In this document: piece after piece, positions 27,933 through 40,225 of the stretch
Layout of the letters: every line of letters begins with the position of its first letter
Numbering within the stretch: the first letter of the stretch is position 1
Assembly: GCA_025201805.1 (NCBI GenBank)
Contig: MU619393.1
Coordinates: 1 to 64,000 of the forward strand
Source of the DNA: Parasitella parasitica NRRL 2501
Lineage: Eukaryota > Fungi > Mucoromycota
Length of the DNA: 64,000 bases
Reading direction: 5' to 3'
Notes under the pieces: generated by a model
The model's database searches: none
Seen by the model: only the letters and a program-made list of their open reading frames with translations
Told to the model about the DNA's origin: nothing
Position numbers and translations under genes: made by a program

Positions 27933-29725
27933 TTAGGCAGAAATTTTGCCACTGGCAGCATAGACAAAGAACAAAACCCAAGCAACAATCAAGCAAATAA
28001 TAAAAGTACCCAAGTAAATATAATTGAGTCTTTTGCGAGGAGTATTGGCATAAGAATCCAGCCCTTGTCTGTTCAATTCAATCTCTTTGTCGTTTCTCTC
28101 CCTCATGGCAAGAGTACGCTTTGCACGACTCATCTCCAACAGATTGCCCAGAAAAAAATATTGTGAAAGCCACAAGCCAGCAATGAGAAGCAAACCAATA
28201 CACGACAGGATCAAAAAAAGAATCATTACGCCAGTGTAAGCTTGATTTGCAGTGTGATCTTGCACAACACCAACAATGATATCCAAAATAGTGGTACCAA
28301 TATTGTTTGAGCTCTTGTACATACCGAGACCAGTACCGATGTAATCAGAGGGCAAAATCATGCCTATCGAGGTAATCATACCAATGGGGCCAAATGCAAG
28401 CGAGATACTATAAAACACCATACCTATGGTGGCATCGACGTAGGACCATGCTAGTAAGCAAGTACTAAGAATCAAAAAGATGGCTGAAATCAGTAGAATG
28501 GAGATGCGAAGGCCAAAAAGGTCCATTATAATACCGAGAATTGGTGTGGCAACAATTGGGACTGATTGGGAAGCGCTCGCAGTGTAACCTGCCAAGACCT
28601 TGTTGCTACTTCCAAAGTGTAACTCAACAAATTCAGTGCTGATAGTCTGGAAAGAAGACCAGACAGCAGCAAAGATGAACTCGATCAAAAGAATATGCCA
28701 GTAAAAAATAGGAAACTTCAACACGCTTTTCCAGTGGAATGCCTTGCGTCGTTTGACTTTTTCGACCTCTTGCTGAGGAAGTATTAATCCATGAGCAACA
28801 GCAGAAGTGTTGTTTTTTTCGCTATTTTCATTAATAGCTTTACGACGCAAATGTCTCACAACGAGAGCGTATACCAAATTCATCAATATAGAGAATATAC
28901 AGATAATGAAGGATAACCAAAACGCCCAGACCCAATCACCTGTTCTTTCCGCTATTGGATTAGCTACCAATGTACCTAAAAATGTAGCTAATCGACTAAT
29001 AGACAGCTGCAAACCAATCGCAATCGACAGATGTTGAGTTCTGAACCATTTGGATAGAATAGATTCTTGCATTGTAACGATTAAGCCCGAACCAATGCCA
29101 AAAATAACGCGCCCCGCCACCATTGAACCAAACGATTGATACTTGGCTGCAATTGCAGTCAAAAGACTACCAATGATGACTACGGCGTTGATGGCAAGTG
29201 TACCCCAAATGGAGCCAAACATATCGACAAAAATACCACCAGCGATAGGGAAAATTGTGTTGATAATTGAGACAGAGGATGAAATAACACCGTATTGGGT
29301 ATTATTAATACCAAGGTTCTACAGGCGCATGGACAACAACATTAACGATAATGTCACACAGCATCGAAACAAAGGTGCTTTTACCGTTTTAATAGGGGCT
29401 TTCATTGCACTGAGTGCACTCTGTGAAAAATGAGCGCCAACTGTATAAAATAATTCAGCGTTAGGCTTTAGAAGTACAACACGTCTGTGTCTTTTCTGAA
29501 CTTACGAGGAAATAGCAAGGCTGTGATCAACGCAATGAGTTTGTATTGCCATGGTGAATTAGCCAGTGCAGCATCACCAACGTCTTCAGACGTGAGGGGT
29601 AGATTCTCACTTGTAGAATTGCTATTTACGTCGTGATCCGAGTACTCTAAAGTCTTTTCAGCGGCATCAAGCGATTCACTGTGGTCATGATTTATCATAG
29701 CTTTCCTGCCTTCGACAAAAGGCAT
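27933..29725 (-). CDS. Major facilitator superfamily transporter (MFSD1-like)
   Basis: About 12 hydrophobic helices; GGIFVDMFGS; GRVIFGIGSG..QESILSKWF; LGIIMDLFGLR. Two short 5' introns join ORF 29468-29725 to ORF 27933-29222. Confidence 0.9.
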
Positions 29726-30315
29726 ATTTTTTCAAATAGATAAAAGAAGAAAAGTTGTGTGCTAGTGCAATCTGATTAAATTACCCTACTATACATATAC
29801 AATTTAAAAAAAAAGTGAAACACAAAAAATAGCTACTTTTGGATATATTCTTAATCTGATCATCAAATACAATCTATTCCAATTGTATGCATTTAGGTTA
29901 GTATTACAGGTAAGCTTTGCAGATGAAGGATATCAGAATAATCTGCATTGTGCAACTGATTACTAAGAAAAGAGTAATTTGTGTTCTAGGCTTGCTTCTG
30001 TTTTTTTTTTTTTTTTTTTTTTTTTAGCATCACTGTGGACGAATAGACAACGGATGAATTATTACTGCGATTTCTTGTTTTATATAAGAATCTGATAAAC
30101 AAGCCTGCGAAAACCTCGGAGATCCTGATCAATCTAGTAAAATACAGTACACTGATTTAGTTGCATACATGTAACTGTGTAACTCATCAACATTTCTTTT
30201 TCCGTACAAATTGTCTTGTTTCAACATTTGTCTTTCTTAACAAACAATCCTCTTACGGTATAGTGGGCAAAGAATCTTTATTTCATCAAATTAATGTGCA
30301 TGTGTTTATTATATT

Positions 30316-33300
30316 TTAAAATTCGGCATTTGGAGGATAAGCTTCTTTCACTGTTGCCCCTTCTTCTGTGCTCAAAACCAGAATACTTAGCTTATCAACC
30401 TTTTCCATCATGACATTTTTAAGGGTGTCATTCGATCCCAGGAGTTCATTTCCTTCAGTTACACCAATATAATCAAAGACACCATTGAGGCCAGTATAAC
30501 CATCTTTCCAAAAGTGGACCGCACCTCCCTTAAGACGAGCGTATACCTTGATATACGCGCCTGCTAATGGACGCTTGGACTTTTCGCTCATGACTCGAAC
30601 GACTCCAAACGATTCTGCAAGATGAGTGTAAAGACGATTGGCATAATAGGCTTGGCGTCTTTTGATGGGACCACTAGACATCTCGACAAACACATTCTTG
30701 TTGCCTCCATTGAAAGGAACCTTGACAGTCTGCAATGTGTTTACTTGGCCAACACCGATGACATCAAAATCTTCGTTTTGCTCATCGGCAAAGGACTGTT
30801 GGTCTGGTAGTTCCATAGTGACAGCATAGCTTGGTTTTATCCAATTGAAGTTTTGGCTGGTCGCTTTTTCGCCATTGCTGTTCATGAAGGGATTGTTGGA
30901 GAACATGACCTCGATATTCATGTCGTAATACTTTATCTGGATAGAACTGACATTTGCATACTGCACAACCAGTTCATCATTACGTTGATCCACCTCGAAC
31001 TCAAGGATGGGCTCAGACAAGATACGGTTGCTTTGCAAAGAATTGTCCGACATCCCAAAAGAGCCTTGCTCGACTTCGCATACAAAGTCATGCAGATTTC
31101 TGAACAATTGACGCCATTTAGGACTATCAAACTCCTTGTATTTGTTTGCAATATCTTTGATAGATTGGAGATCTAATTGCTGCATCTGAGCCTGGTCGGT
31201 AGCGACAGGAATGCGTGTTTTTAAATACGCGTTCAAATAGTCGAATTGTACCTGATGGGTGGGACTCTCAGTGTCTTGAATACGTGCAAATGTAGCTTGT
31301 GCTTCACCAATACGGTCTTGTAAAAGCAAATATAGCGTCAAGATAATGAGATCAGAGTCGGATGGAGCTTTTGATTTGAGACTCAAATAATCAAGGAAAT
31401 TGTTATATTGCTGATAAAACTGTTGATTAAGAATCTCTGCGGTAGGCTTCAAAGGATGTGCTCTAGCATTGAGCAGTGGATAATAGTCAAGAACTAGCAG
31501 CTGATGCTGCTCCAACTTGTCACTGGCAACCAGAGGCGAGTCAAATACTTGGCCGACTTGAGAAAACAAATCGTTGCTTTGGAAGAGGAGCAAATCTCGA
31601 ATGATGTCGGGAAATTGGTGGGAAACGCCGTATTTCCAGATTTCCCGAGCCAAGAAATATCTACTCTTCAGGACATCAAAGACGGACCGAGCAAAATCGC
31701 GGCTGTTCATCCTCCAATAAATCAGACTGAAGTCAAGTTTATCCAATTTGCGATATGAACTGAGGAATCCAATCACTTGTTCATTTGAGCCGCTGTTTGC
31801 AATGGCAGACCAAGATTGAGAGATAGATGCGACCTGATTGGAGCCATTGGATACGGCGGTAGATGATGGCTCATTGACACGAATGTTTGTAGCCTCGATC
31901 ATACCAATAAGTTCGTCGCCTGAAGATGTCGATACAGTAACAGGCACAATAGCGTAATCACCGGCGGCAGGAAAGTAGAAAGTACCAACAACTTGGTGCC
32001 ATGTTGAATAAGGCTGGATGCGGATTGTGCTTGATTTACAGTAGGTTGTCGTTTGTGTAGGTACCGATCCGGTCGGTATCTGCACAGTTATCTGACAGGT
32101 AAGTGGCTTTGATGAGACGTTGCTAATAATCAAATGAGAGCCATATTCTACCGCAGATTCCAAGGCCTGGGTCGCAGGGTTTATCTTTATGCATTCCTCA
32201 GAATCAATATATGCCGCTGGGTCAAAGACAAAGATCTCCTGGCCCAGCATCAGATTGTGTCGGTCATTGCTAATGAAATTTCCTTGGTTCTCGATCAACG
32301 TACGATAAAACACCATTAAAGGCTGTGTCGCTGCAGAAATAACTAAGCTGGATTGAGAGTCATTGTCGCTGGCTGCGTCAATTTTCCAGTCAGTGTTGGA
32401 GGCAAAAGGCAAATCCATCAAAGCCAATACGTAAAACAGCTCGGCTGGACTATCCAAGCAGTAGATAAAATTCTCTGACAAGAAGTGGCTGTCAGAGGAT
32501 TGGCAATTGATGTGATGCTCAACGTAGTCTATCCAAAATTGCTTCAAAGGAGCTTGATTTTGGTAGAAGAATCCCATTTCAGTCCATTCGCTGGTAGATT
32601 CGGTATACTTGTAGCTCACTTTCTTGCGTTGCTCCTTGGCCTTTTCTCTCAATTCGTTGACAGCTTCCTCAACAATCACCTCATCTTGTTCATCATCTTC
32701 GTCATCATCTTCATCAGTATCAACGGGTGACCCTGGGCTATAACTAGGGGAGGCAAAGCGGCGGAAGGGTTGCCTCAGGGAAGCAGTCTGAGCTATCCTA
32801 GGTTCTCCACGAGAAATAAGACTAGCGGCAAAAGCAGCAGGAGGAGGAGGAGGAGCAGAAGCTCCAAAAGTTACAGCATTTGATTCACTTGACTGGATGT
32901 AACTTTCTGCAACATCGGCAACAGTAGTAGTAGCAGCAGCAGCAGCAGCAGCAGCACTGCGCGCTAAAATAGAGTCAAAAATGGAGTCGCTTCTGTTGTC
33001 TAATTTTTCATCGTCTAGAGAATCTTTGAAGCATCTTGCAACAGCCTGCATGACATCCTTGGATTGTGTGGACGCAAAAAGAGCCTTTTCAACCGTATCA
33101 AGTTGTTTGAACCGATACAGATCACGCTGGTACAGTGATAAATCTTGATCCAAAAGGTACAAATCCATAAAAGACTTTTGAATCTTGCTCTGGATTGCAG
33201 GCTTGACATGAACATCAAAAAAGACCTCATCTTTCTTCTTTAACCACAAGTTCAATTCATGACAAACATGCTTGTCATGAAGCTCCCGCTTACTGGCCAA

Positions 33301-36300
33301 ATCAAGCCCTGACCATGTCTTTAAAAAGTAAAACGTTTGAGCAAATTCCTCTCCTGCGGTGGAGATTGTCTTGACAGTGTCAAACAACTTCTCCAAGCTA
33401 TCTATAGTCTCGTACTCATGGGTGTTAAGAGCTAAAGAATCATTGGGAAGCAGCTTGGAGATCACCTTTGAGCGAATCAATGCCTTGTTGCTGCTTTTAT
33501 GTTGACTAAGGTCTTTGAGTTTCAAGCTTCTGCTGTGGTCAATGACTGTTTGTTGGCAAACAGTTTGATCGCCAGAGACCACAACTGCTTGCAGGAATTT
33601 TCCACCATAGCCAAGAGATCGGCGACTGATTTCAACCTTACCATTTTCAGGTACGGGGAGCACAAGAATGGGCGACAGATGGTCCAAGAATGCAAAGCTG
33701 GAATCCATTGCACAGCTAATATTAGATGTGAGCATACTGCAATTGGCACCTCGAGCAAAATCCAGGCCACTGAAGCCCATTGTCTTCATCTTCTTGCTGC
33801 AAGCCATCTCCGCCATTTCCTCTACATTTTCAAGATTTCTTGCGTTGGATGCCGTGCTAGCATTTTTCTTTATATGCATATATATATAAAAAAAAAAAAA
33901 AGAGGGGAGGGGGAGTGAGACGAGTGAGTAATGACGAAAATTTTATGCGACGAGGATGAATTTTACCTTGGGATACATGAGTAATGATGGTTTCGTCAAG
34001 TTACTACCAACCCATTTCTCAGATCGGGAGCGATTCAAGATGTATTGGTATTCTTCACTAATGCGCTTGTCGCCTAAAAAGATGGAGCGAGTACCGAGTG
34101 TATCATTTTCTTGGCAGGGAGGTTGAGGAAGAGGACGGCTGTTAAAGAGGTGGGTCATGAGAGTTTCGTGGGATGACGGAATAAAGGTGCTGGTGGTCAC
34201 TACTACAAATGCCTTTGAAGGAGACGCATTTTCAATTTGAAGTTGGACAGCATCATCAGAGATGGATGTGCTCGAAATAGTCAATGGCTTCTTCAGCACA
34301 GATCCATTTTGTCTTCCATATCTGTTTTCACCAAGAAGCCAATTAGACCACAATGTTTGGTCGGTGCCATCAACCAAACTTTGAATGACGGTGCATTTGA
34401 TGTACTCTAAACCGCCAGTCGAAGAAGGAATGTGAAGCATGTATTCACCCTCGGGTAACCCTGCAACAGTGATGAACCCATCCTGCTTTTGGATTTTATC
34501 TGAAGCGTCTCTGACGAGGGTTCTAAAAAATTAAATGTTAGAGTAAAGTAGCATTTCGAGCCAAGATGCTGTGTGTACTTACGACCGGATACCAGTAGCA
34601 TAAAGAGAGTAGAGCGAACCAGGAAGGCTGGTGGGGCAAGCAATCCTGAACTCCTTGCCAGCAGATACACAAACTGCAGGTGGCAGAGCAGAATTAATAT
34701 CGTTTCGGAACACCCATTGCTTGTAGGTAGAATAAGTATTGTTAAACTCAATCCATTGGATATCTTTGAGCTCTCCAAGTTCAACGGCACCTTCTTGGTT
34801 TGTCTTGACAAGGACATCAACGGTACGATTGACAAAGGCATGCTTAAGTCGAAGAGAAACCTCGTAGTCTTTCTGGGGCTCACCGTTCTTTCCAAAAGCA
34901 CGGATGAAATAGATGTCGTTTGATTTTTCAAGCTGAACACTGCACGGAAGATTACGGCTGCTTGGTCCAACACAGAACGAAATGTTGTGATTAGCGCCAA
35001 TTTCATGCATTGAGCCATCGATACCCTTGAGCTTTCCCGTAAGATGGAAGTCAACAAATGTCACTATATATTATATAAAATGATCCAAAGTTAAAAAAAA
35101 AGAAAAAAAAAAGAAGAAGAAGAAGCATTCGGGCATCTGCAATATACTTACGTTGCTCAGGCACAATGAAATCAAAACTAATATAGCTAGGGTTGCAATC
35201 AATATTTTGACAGGTGGAACTAGTTTTGACATTGCTTGAATTGGTGCAATCAACACTCAAGGTTAGTTTTTCTTGTAATAAACTCCAAGGTACAGTAACA
35301 TCGTTTAGAGTCAATTTGGGGACAACTACGACTGTCGCCTTCTTGTTTGTGTTGACCATTTCAGGATTCACGTAAAAGCTAGCTTTCAAGTTGTATTGCT
35401 CAGCATGATGGTAAAAACTTGCAGGCTCGCAGAAGCCGTCGTTCGCAGATACAAGAATCACTTTTCTCATTTTGGAACTTTGATCGCGAGGCAAGTAGGG
35501 AATCAGGATGTTGTTGGCATTGTCAGCCTGTATGTATGTCAGCAATCTATATATCGTTTTTAAAGATCTTGGCTATATATATGTTGCACAAACCTCGTAA
35601 TACTGATTGTTATACCATATCTTCGCATTTTCTAAAATTTGGCCATCTTCACGAACTATCTTGGCTACGTGGCCAGCTGGCGTCTCTTGAATAACATGTC
35701 TAAGGTAGCCCTTTTGCACAATAACGCGGCATTGGTGCTGGCCACCTACAAATTCAACCACCCAAAGACCACGACCTTTAAACACGTCAGCTGCCAAACC
35801 GCTTTGACCAAACTCGAATTCAGTAGTTTTCACCAACAAAGCTGGCTCGGAAGAGTAGTCCATATCCTTTTCAAACGTAGGGCAGAGGCCATCCAGATTG
35901 ATATTGCTGTTGGCAGCAACAGGATTACTGCCATCGTTCAGATGAATGCGCCAGTAGTTCTCGGTGTCAATCTGGAATACGCGAATGGCAAGGCGAGATA
36001 TGTTTTTTGTTTTAATCTGCAATTTGATGGCATCAGATGGCTTTCTTTTCTCACAAGTGTTGATAGTGGCAGGCGTAAATGACACCAATGATTTGGATAC
36101 CAGAGATTCGTAAGCAGCACTACCTAGAGATTTTGCCCAAGATCCTTGGTTTTTAGTATCGGATGATACTGTCAGCATGATCTCGGCTAACATGGGCTTC
36201 AAAATATTATGGTAATCCATATATGCGCCAAGGGCTTCAGTAGAAACAGTTAGTTTTTGGCGTGTAACCAAGCCTGTCAAGTATTCCTCGACTACCAAGC

Positions 36301-37539
36301 GTTTATCCGAGTCAGGAATGGCGCATTGACCAAGCAGAGGTAATGAAATCAAAGAGTTTTCCGTGCTGCTGTTTCCAAACGATACTGAGCGAGTGGGAAC
36401 TGGGGACAACATTTGAGCATTGTTGTTGTTGTTGTTATTGGACGAAATGGATAAATAGCTATAAACTAGTTTTAAACTTCCATACAAACATTTGCTAAAT
36501 ACACTTACTTTACTAGACGTTCCTCACAAAAATCTTGTCTAACAATGTCAATACGCAACTTGTGAAATTTGATTGCTGCGTTCACGGTAAAATACATGCC
36601 GGGTAGCTTTTCAGCAAAGGTCTCCAAGCGATCCAAGTAATCCTTGAGCACATTGGCATCATCGTCCCAAAAAGAAATCGACTGATGGGCATGATATTCA
36701 GCCGGTACCAATTTCTCGAGATAGGCATTGACAAAAGTGTCGTGCAGGAAAACAACGTTGGGGATTCTGTCAATGAGCTGATCAAGCTGCTGCAAGGTAA
36801 AATTGTAGAAAGGTAAGTTTTCCAGGCACCAGTTAGAATCAGACGTCTGTTCTTTCCACAATGTGGCCAAACGGTTTATTAAATCCGGACCAAATGCACT
36901 TTCCGAAGGGATATACAGCAGCTTTTTCAATAGCGCGACTTGTTCGTTTGGAGACAATCCTTGCCACAGACTGACATCATTAGCAATAAGAGGGAAAGAC
37001 AGTATCTCTAGATCAAGCATAGTATGGCCAGTGGAGGATGCAAACTCTTTGAAGCTGTCGCGGATCAAGTTTTTACCATCGAGCAAAGCAGGATCAAGCT
37101 TGCATGGTGCAGTTGATTTGCTGCAGGATTCAGTCGAAGGAAGACTACTCTGCTCTGGAGTGGCTACCGGCTGTCCGTTATCGATCATGTCAAGGTGAAG
37201 GCCTTTCTTGATGAATTCAATACTAGTGCTAGTCTCGAATGGGTAGATCAATAAATAAAAGCGCGTGGAGAGCTCCCTGAAGCGCGCGCTGTGGCCATCC
37301 AGCTTCGCAAGAAGATCCTTCATCTGTTTTGAGAGCTCATTTTCGGCATCCGTTGCTTGGCGTACTTTAACAGGATCTTGGTGGTTCATGACTTGGTCGT
37401 AAATCTTTTGCAGCAAAATCAGGCCCTGATAATACGTTGCATCCTCGGTGTTTGCTGCTGCTAATTTGTCGACAACATCCTGTCTATTATCAAGGGGGGC
37501 AGTTGCAAAACTCTCTTTCAATGAGGAGATAAACGGCAT
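30316..37539 (-). CDS. Uncharacterised giant protein (~2286 aa, 6 exons) with macroglobulin-like beta modules
   Basis: Exons 37539-36509, 36458-35594, 35527-35152, 35063-34583, 34522-33967 and 33867-30316 join via GT..AG introns into one frame of 6861 nt (2286 aa plus stop). The MG-like call is inference from motif pattern. Confidence 0.85.
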
Positions 37540-38727
37540 TGTTAAAAGAGTTTCTATTGATAAAAACAAATATTTGGCGTTTCCATCGCCTATTTATACT
37601 TTTTGAAAGATAAAACGGATATAAGGACAAAGTTGGTTTAGCCTATTAAAACATGTTTCAGGATTACTACTGCTGATATTATGTAACGGAAGCCATCAAG
37701 AAAAGGGTCGCACAAGAAAACGAGAGAAATGCTCAAAGCAATTGCATGACAAACAAATACTGAATTACTTTCAAGACATGTGAAAAAATGATTGAACTTT
37801 GGATATTTTGCTTTTCATTAATGCTAAAGTTGTGTGAATATGCAGCTTTTCATAATCAAATTACCTCAAAACTTACTAATTGAGCAAGCAAAAGTAGCAA
37901 AATCGCTAAAATATATCGTAAACAACATATCATTAGACATCTATTGCAGAAATGCATGAATGCATAAAACTTATATTTCTTATCAACATGTTTCCATCAG
38001 TTTTCCAAAAGACTCTTTTTCTCTTTTTTTTTACTCATGAAATCAAACTGGGAAATGAAAAGATAGCGAAAAGACATCTCAGAGGGGAGAAAAGATATCC
38101 GCCAAAGACAAAGATGGTAGGCTACAAATATCTAACATAATATGACTAAAAACATGTACAATATTTAGACTTGTTTGAAGTGTATGTCAAGATAGCTCAG
38201 CAACCTGCTTTAGTTATTACTAAGTGTGAGAACTTCAAAATTCTCTATAGTCTCAGAACGACAAGCAGACGCCCGGACCATTGTAGCAGAAAACATGCTA
38301 CAAACTAAATACAAGGATTAAACTAAAATGAATACATTAAATGTACTAAAACGAAATTTGCTTTTTTTTTTCAGATCGACAAAAATGTACCTGGTCGCTC
38401 AACTGTAAAAAAAAAAATCAGAAATATCCTTTCAAAGCTTCAATTTGACGCAAGTTGTCGCTGTTGGTTGCTGTTGCTGTCATTTGTTTGCAAGGCATAC
38501 CAGTGCCTGTCGAGTATTCTGAGCATCTGCCTCCTTTTTATTATCGTCCAGTACCTTGTTTTTGAGTTGGATAGAGCCGTGGAATTTGCTCTAAAGCAGT
38601 AATGCACTCGCCCTCAAGAACCAACATCTGAAAAAAAAACAGCACCTCATTCGGTAGTTCAAAAGATCAAAAAGATTTTTCTTTACGTGTTGCTCTTCCA
38701 TTCTTTTTTCTTCAAGTATCCTTCAAA

Positions 38728-39942
38728 ATGAGTGGATGGAAACAAGCACCGCAACAGCAGTGGCAGAGCAATGCTTCTGAATACACATCTGAATACACAT
38801 CTGATGAAGAATACACTGATGACGACGACCTACCGCCTCTTGCTGCCACATGGGGCACCCAAACTGTTGAAAAGGATGGCACTACCAATGTTAGCTTAAC
38901 TGTCAGCGGTTGGCAAAGTCTTATTGATCCCAGCATCAAAACCAAACCTGGTGGTATTGGAAGTGGTCAGCTTCATCGTCGTGGAGCTAATTTCAAGCCC
39001 ATCGATGAGCAAGACATTATTGATAGACGTTTAGGTATTCCTGTCCAGGGTGGGTTGGGCGGTGGTAAGAAGAAGAAGAAATCCAAGAAGCCTGCTGCTA
39101 ATGGCAGTGTCAATCTTCCATCTACCCCAAAAAGAAGACCTGTTTCTACTTCTTTGATCCCTCCATCAGGATCTGCGTTTCGTGGAAGAGAAGCAATTAC
39201 TTCGGGCGCTTGGGGTTCTGGTTCTCTATCCTCCACCCCTTTCTGGCAGCAGCCAACCAACAACGCAGGGAATGGCTCTGCGGCCAGTAAGTATGCTTCT
39301 CTTTCATCTGCCAGCAATGCAGGAAATGGCGCTGCGACCAGTAAGTATTCTTCTCTTTCATCTGCCAATAGCCGTCCTCCTGCTTTCACTCGCCCACCAA
39401 ATCCATTCCAATCAACCCAACCTTCCCCACTTGTTGCTCCATCTAGACCAGCAGAGCCTGCATCATTCATTAGGTCCAATAAAGGATCTGCTGCTTCAAA
39501 GTATGCTTCACCTGCTGCTACCATTCCTGTGGCAACACAACAACAATATCAACCTCAGCAACTTCAGCAACCTCAACAACTTCAGCAACCTCAACAACTT
39601 CAGCAACCTCAACAACTTCAGCAGCCTCAGCAGCCTCAGCAGCCTCAACAGCCTCAACAGCCTCCACAACCTATGGTTTTCAATGTACCCACCGCTAGCT
39701 TAAAATTAGAACAGCCTATTATGAATATCAAGGTAGAAATATCAATTGGTCAGTATGCATCTATGAGTATCTATGCAAATGAAGCACCAGAAAAGGCTGT
39801 AGAAAGACTGGAGCGAAGTGCCAAGCTGACGAATCAGGATTTTGGATTTGATGACTATCAAAGGAGCAATGTCAAAGCATATATTACATCTCTTGTTGAC
39901 GATTATAACAAAAGAATGGGTATCACATCTCAAGCCCAATGA
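38728..39942 (+). CDS. Hypothetical intrinsically disordered S/P/Q-rich protein (404 aa) with a small folded C-terminal domain
   Basis: Long uninterrupted ORF with AAAATG start context, KKKKKSKK basic patch, internal repeats, and AATAAA just after the stop. Confidence 0.8.
   Translation: MSGWKQAPQQQWQSNASEYTSEYTSDEEYTDDDDLPPLAATWGTQTVEKDGTTNVSLTVSGWQSLIDPSIKTKPGGIGSGQLHRRGANFKPIDEQDIIDRRLGIPVQGGLGGGKKKKKSKKPAANGSVNLPSTPKRRPVSTSLIPPSGSAFRGREAITSGAWGSGSLSSTPFWQQPTNNAGNGSAASKYASLSSASNAGNGAATSKYSSLSSANSRPPAFTRPPNPFQSTQPSPLVAPSRPAEPASFIRSNKGSAASKYASPAATIPVATQQQYQPQQLQQPQQLQQPQQLQQPQQLQQPQQPQQPQQPQQPPQPMVFNVPTASLKLEQPIMNIKVEISIGQYASMSIYANEAPEKAVERLERSAKLTNQDFGFDDYQRSNVKAYITSLVDDYNKRMGITSQAQ
39262..39369 (+). 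repeat. 54-bp tandem duplication (NAGNGSAASKYASLSSAS / NAGNGAATSKYSSLSSAN)
   Basis: 39262-39315 and 39316-39369 are near-identical. Confidence 0.9.
39550..39672 (+). repeat. Coding minisatellite (PQQLQQ)x4 then (PQQ)n
   Basis: 18-bp CCTCAACAACTTCAGCAA units followed by 9-bp CAGCCTCAR units. Confidence 0.9.
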
Positions 39943-40063
39943 AGAAATACCAAAAATAAAATATAAAAGCTTTAAATGATATTTGGTTGGTCTCAAACAG
40001 ATCCTTGGAATACTGTAACATGGAGTATTGCAGTGTTGTACAGAAAATGATGGACTGCCTTAA

Positions 40064-40147
40064 ACGCGTTCATGAAGCGCGATGGTTGATTAGTAACAGG
40101 ACATCAATGGTACATGTTGCAAAAAATTTCTTTTCAGTCACACGCGT
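40064..40147. promoter_or_regulatory. Two MluI cell-cycle boxes (ACGCGT) in the RNR1 promoter
   Basis: ACGCGT at 40064-40069 and 40142-40147, 80-160 nt upstream of the RNR1 ATG. RNR large-subunit genes are classic MBF targets in yeasts. Confidence 0.7.
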
Positions 40148-40225
40148 AATGATAAAAGAAGCGTAGTTTTTCTCTTCCTTCCCCACTTCTTTCTTCTTCT
40201 GAAAAACGATTACAAGATCAGGACT

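Noticed and set aside
30316-37539. Calling the giant gene a true alpha-2-macroglobulin, or several separate genes
   Set aside because: No thioester motif or signal peptide is seen, so only MG-like similarity is claimed. The separate ORFs join in frame through canonical introns into one gene.
38973-39703. Alternative-frame and antisense ORFs (183 aa, 173 aa) over the disordered protein
   Set aside because: Explained by repeat and codon bias of the main ORF. The same applies to the antisense ORFs over RNR1, UGP1, OCT1 and the giant gene.
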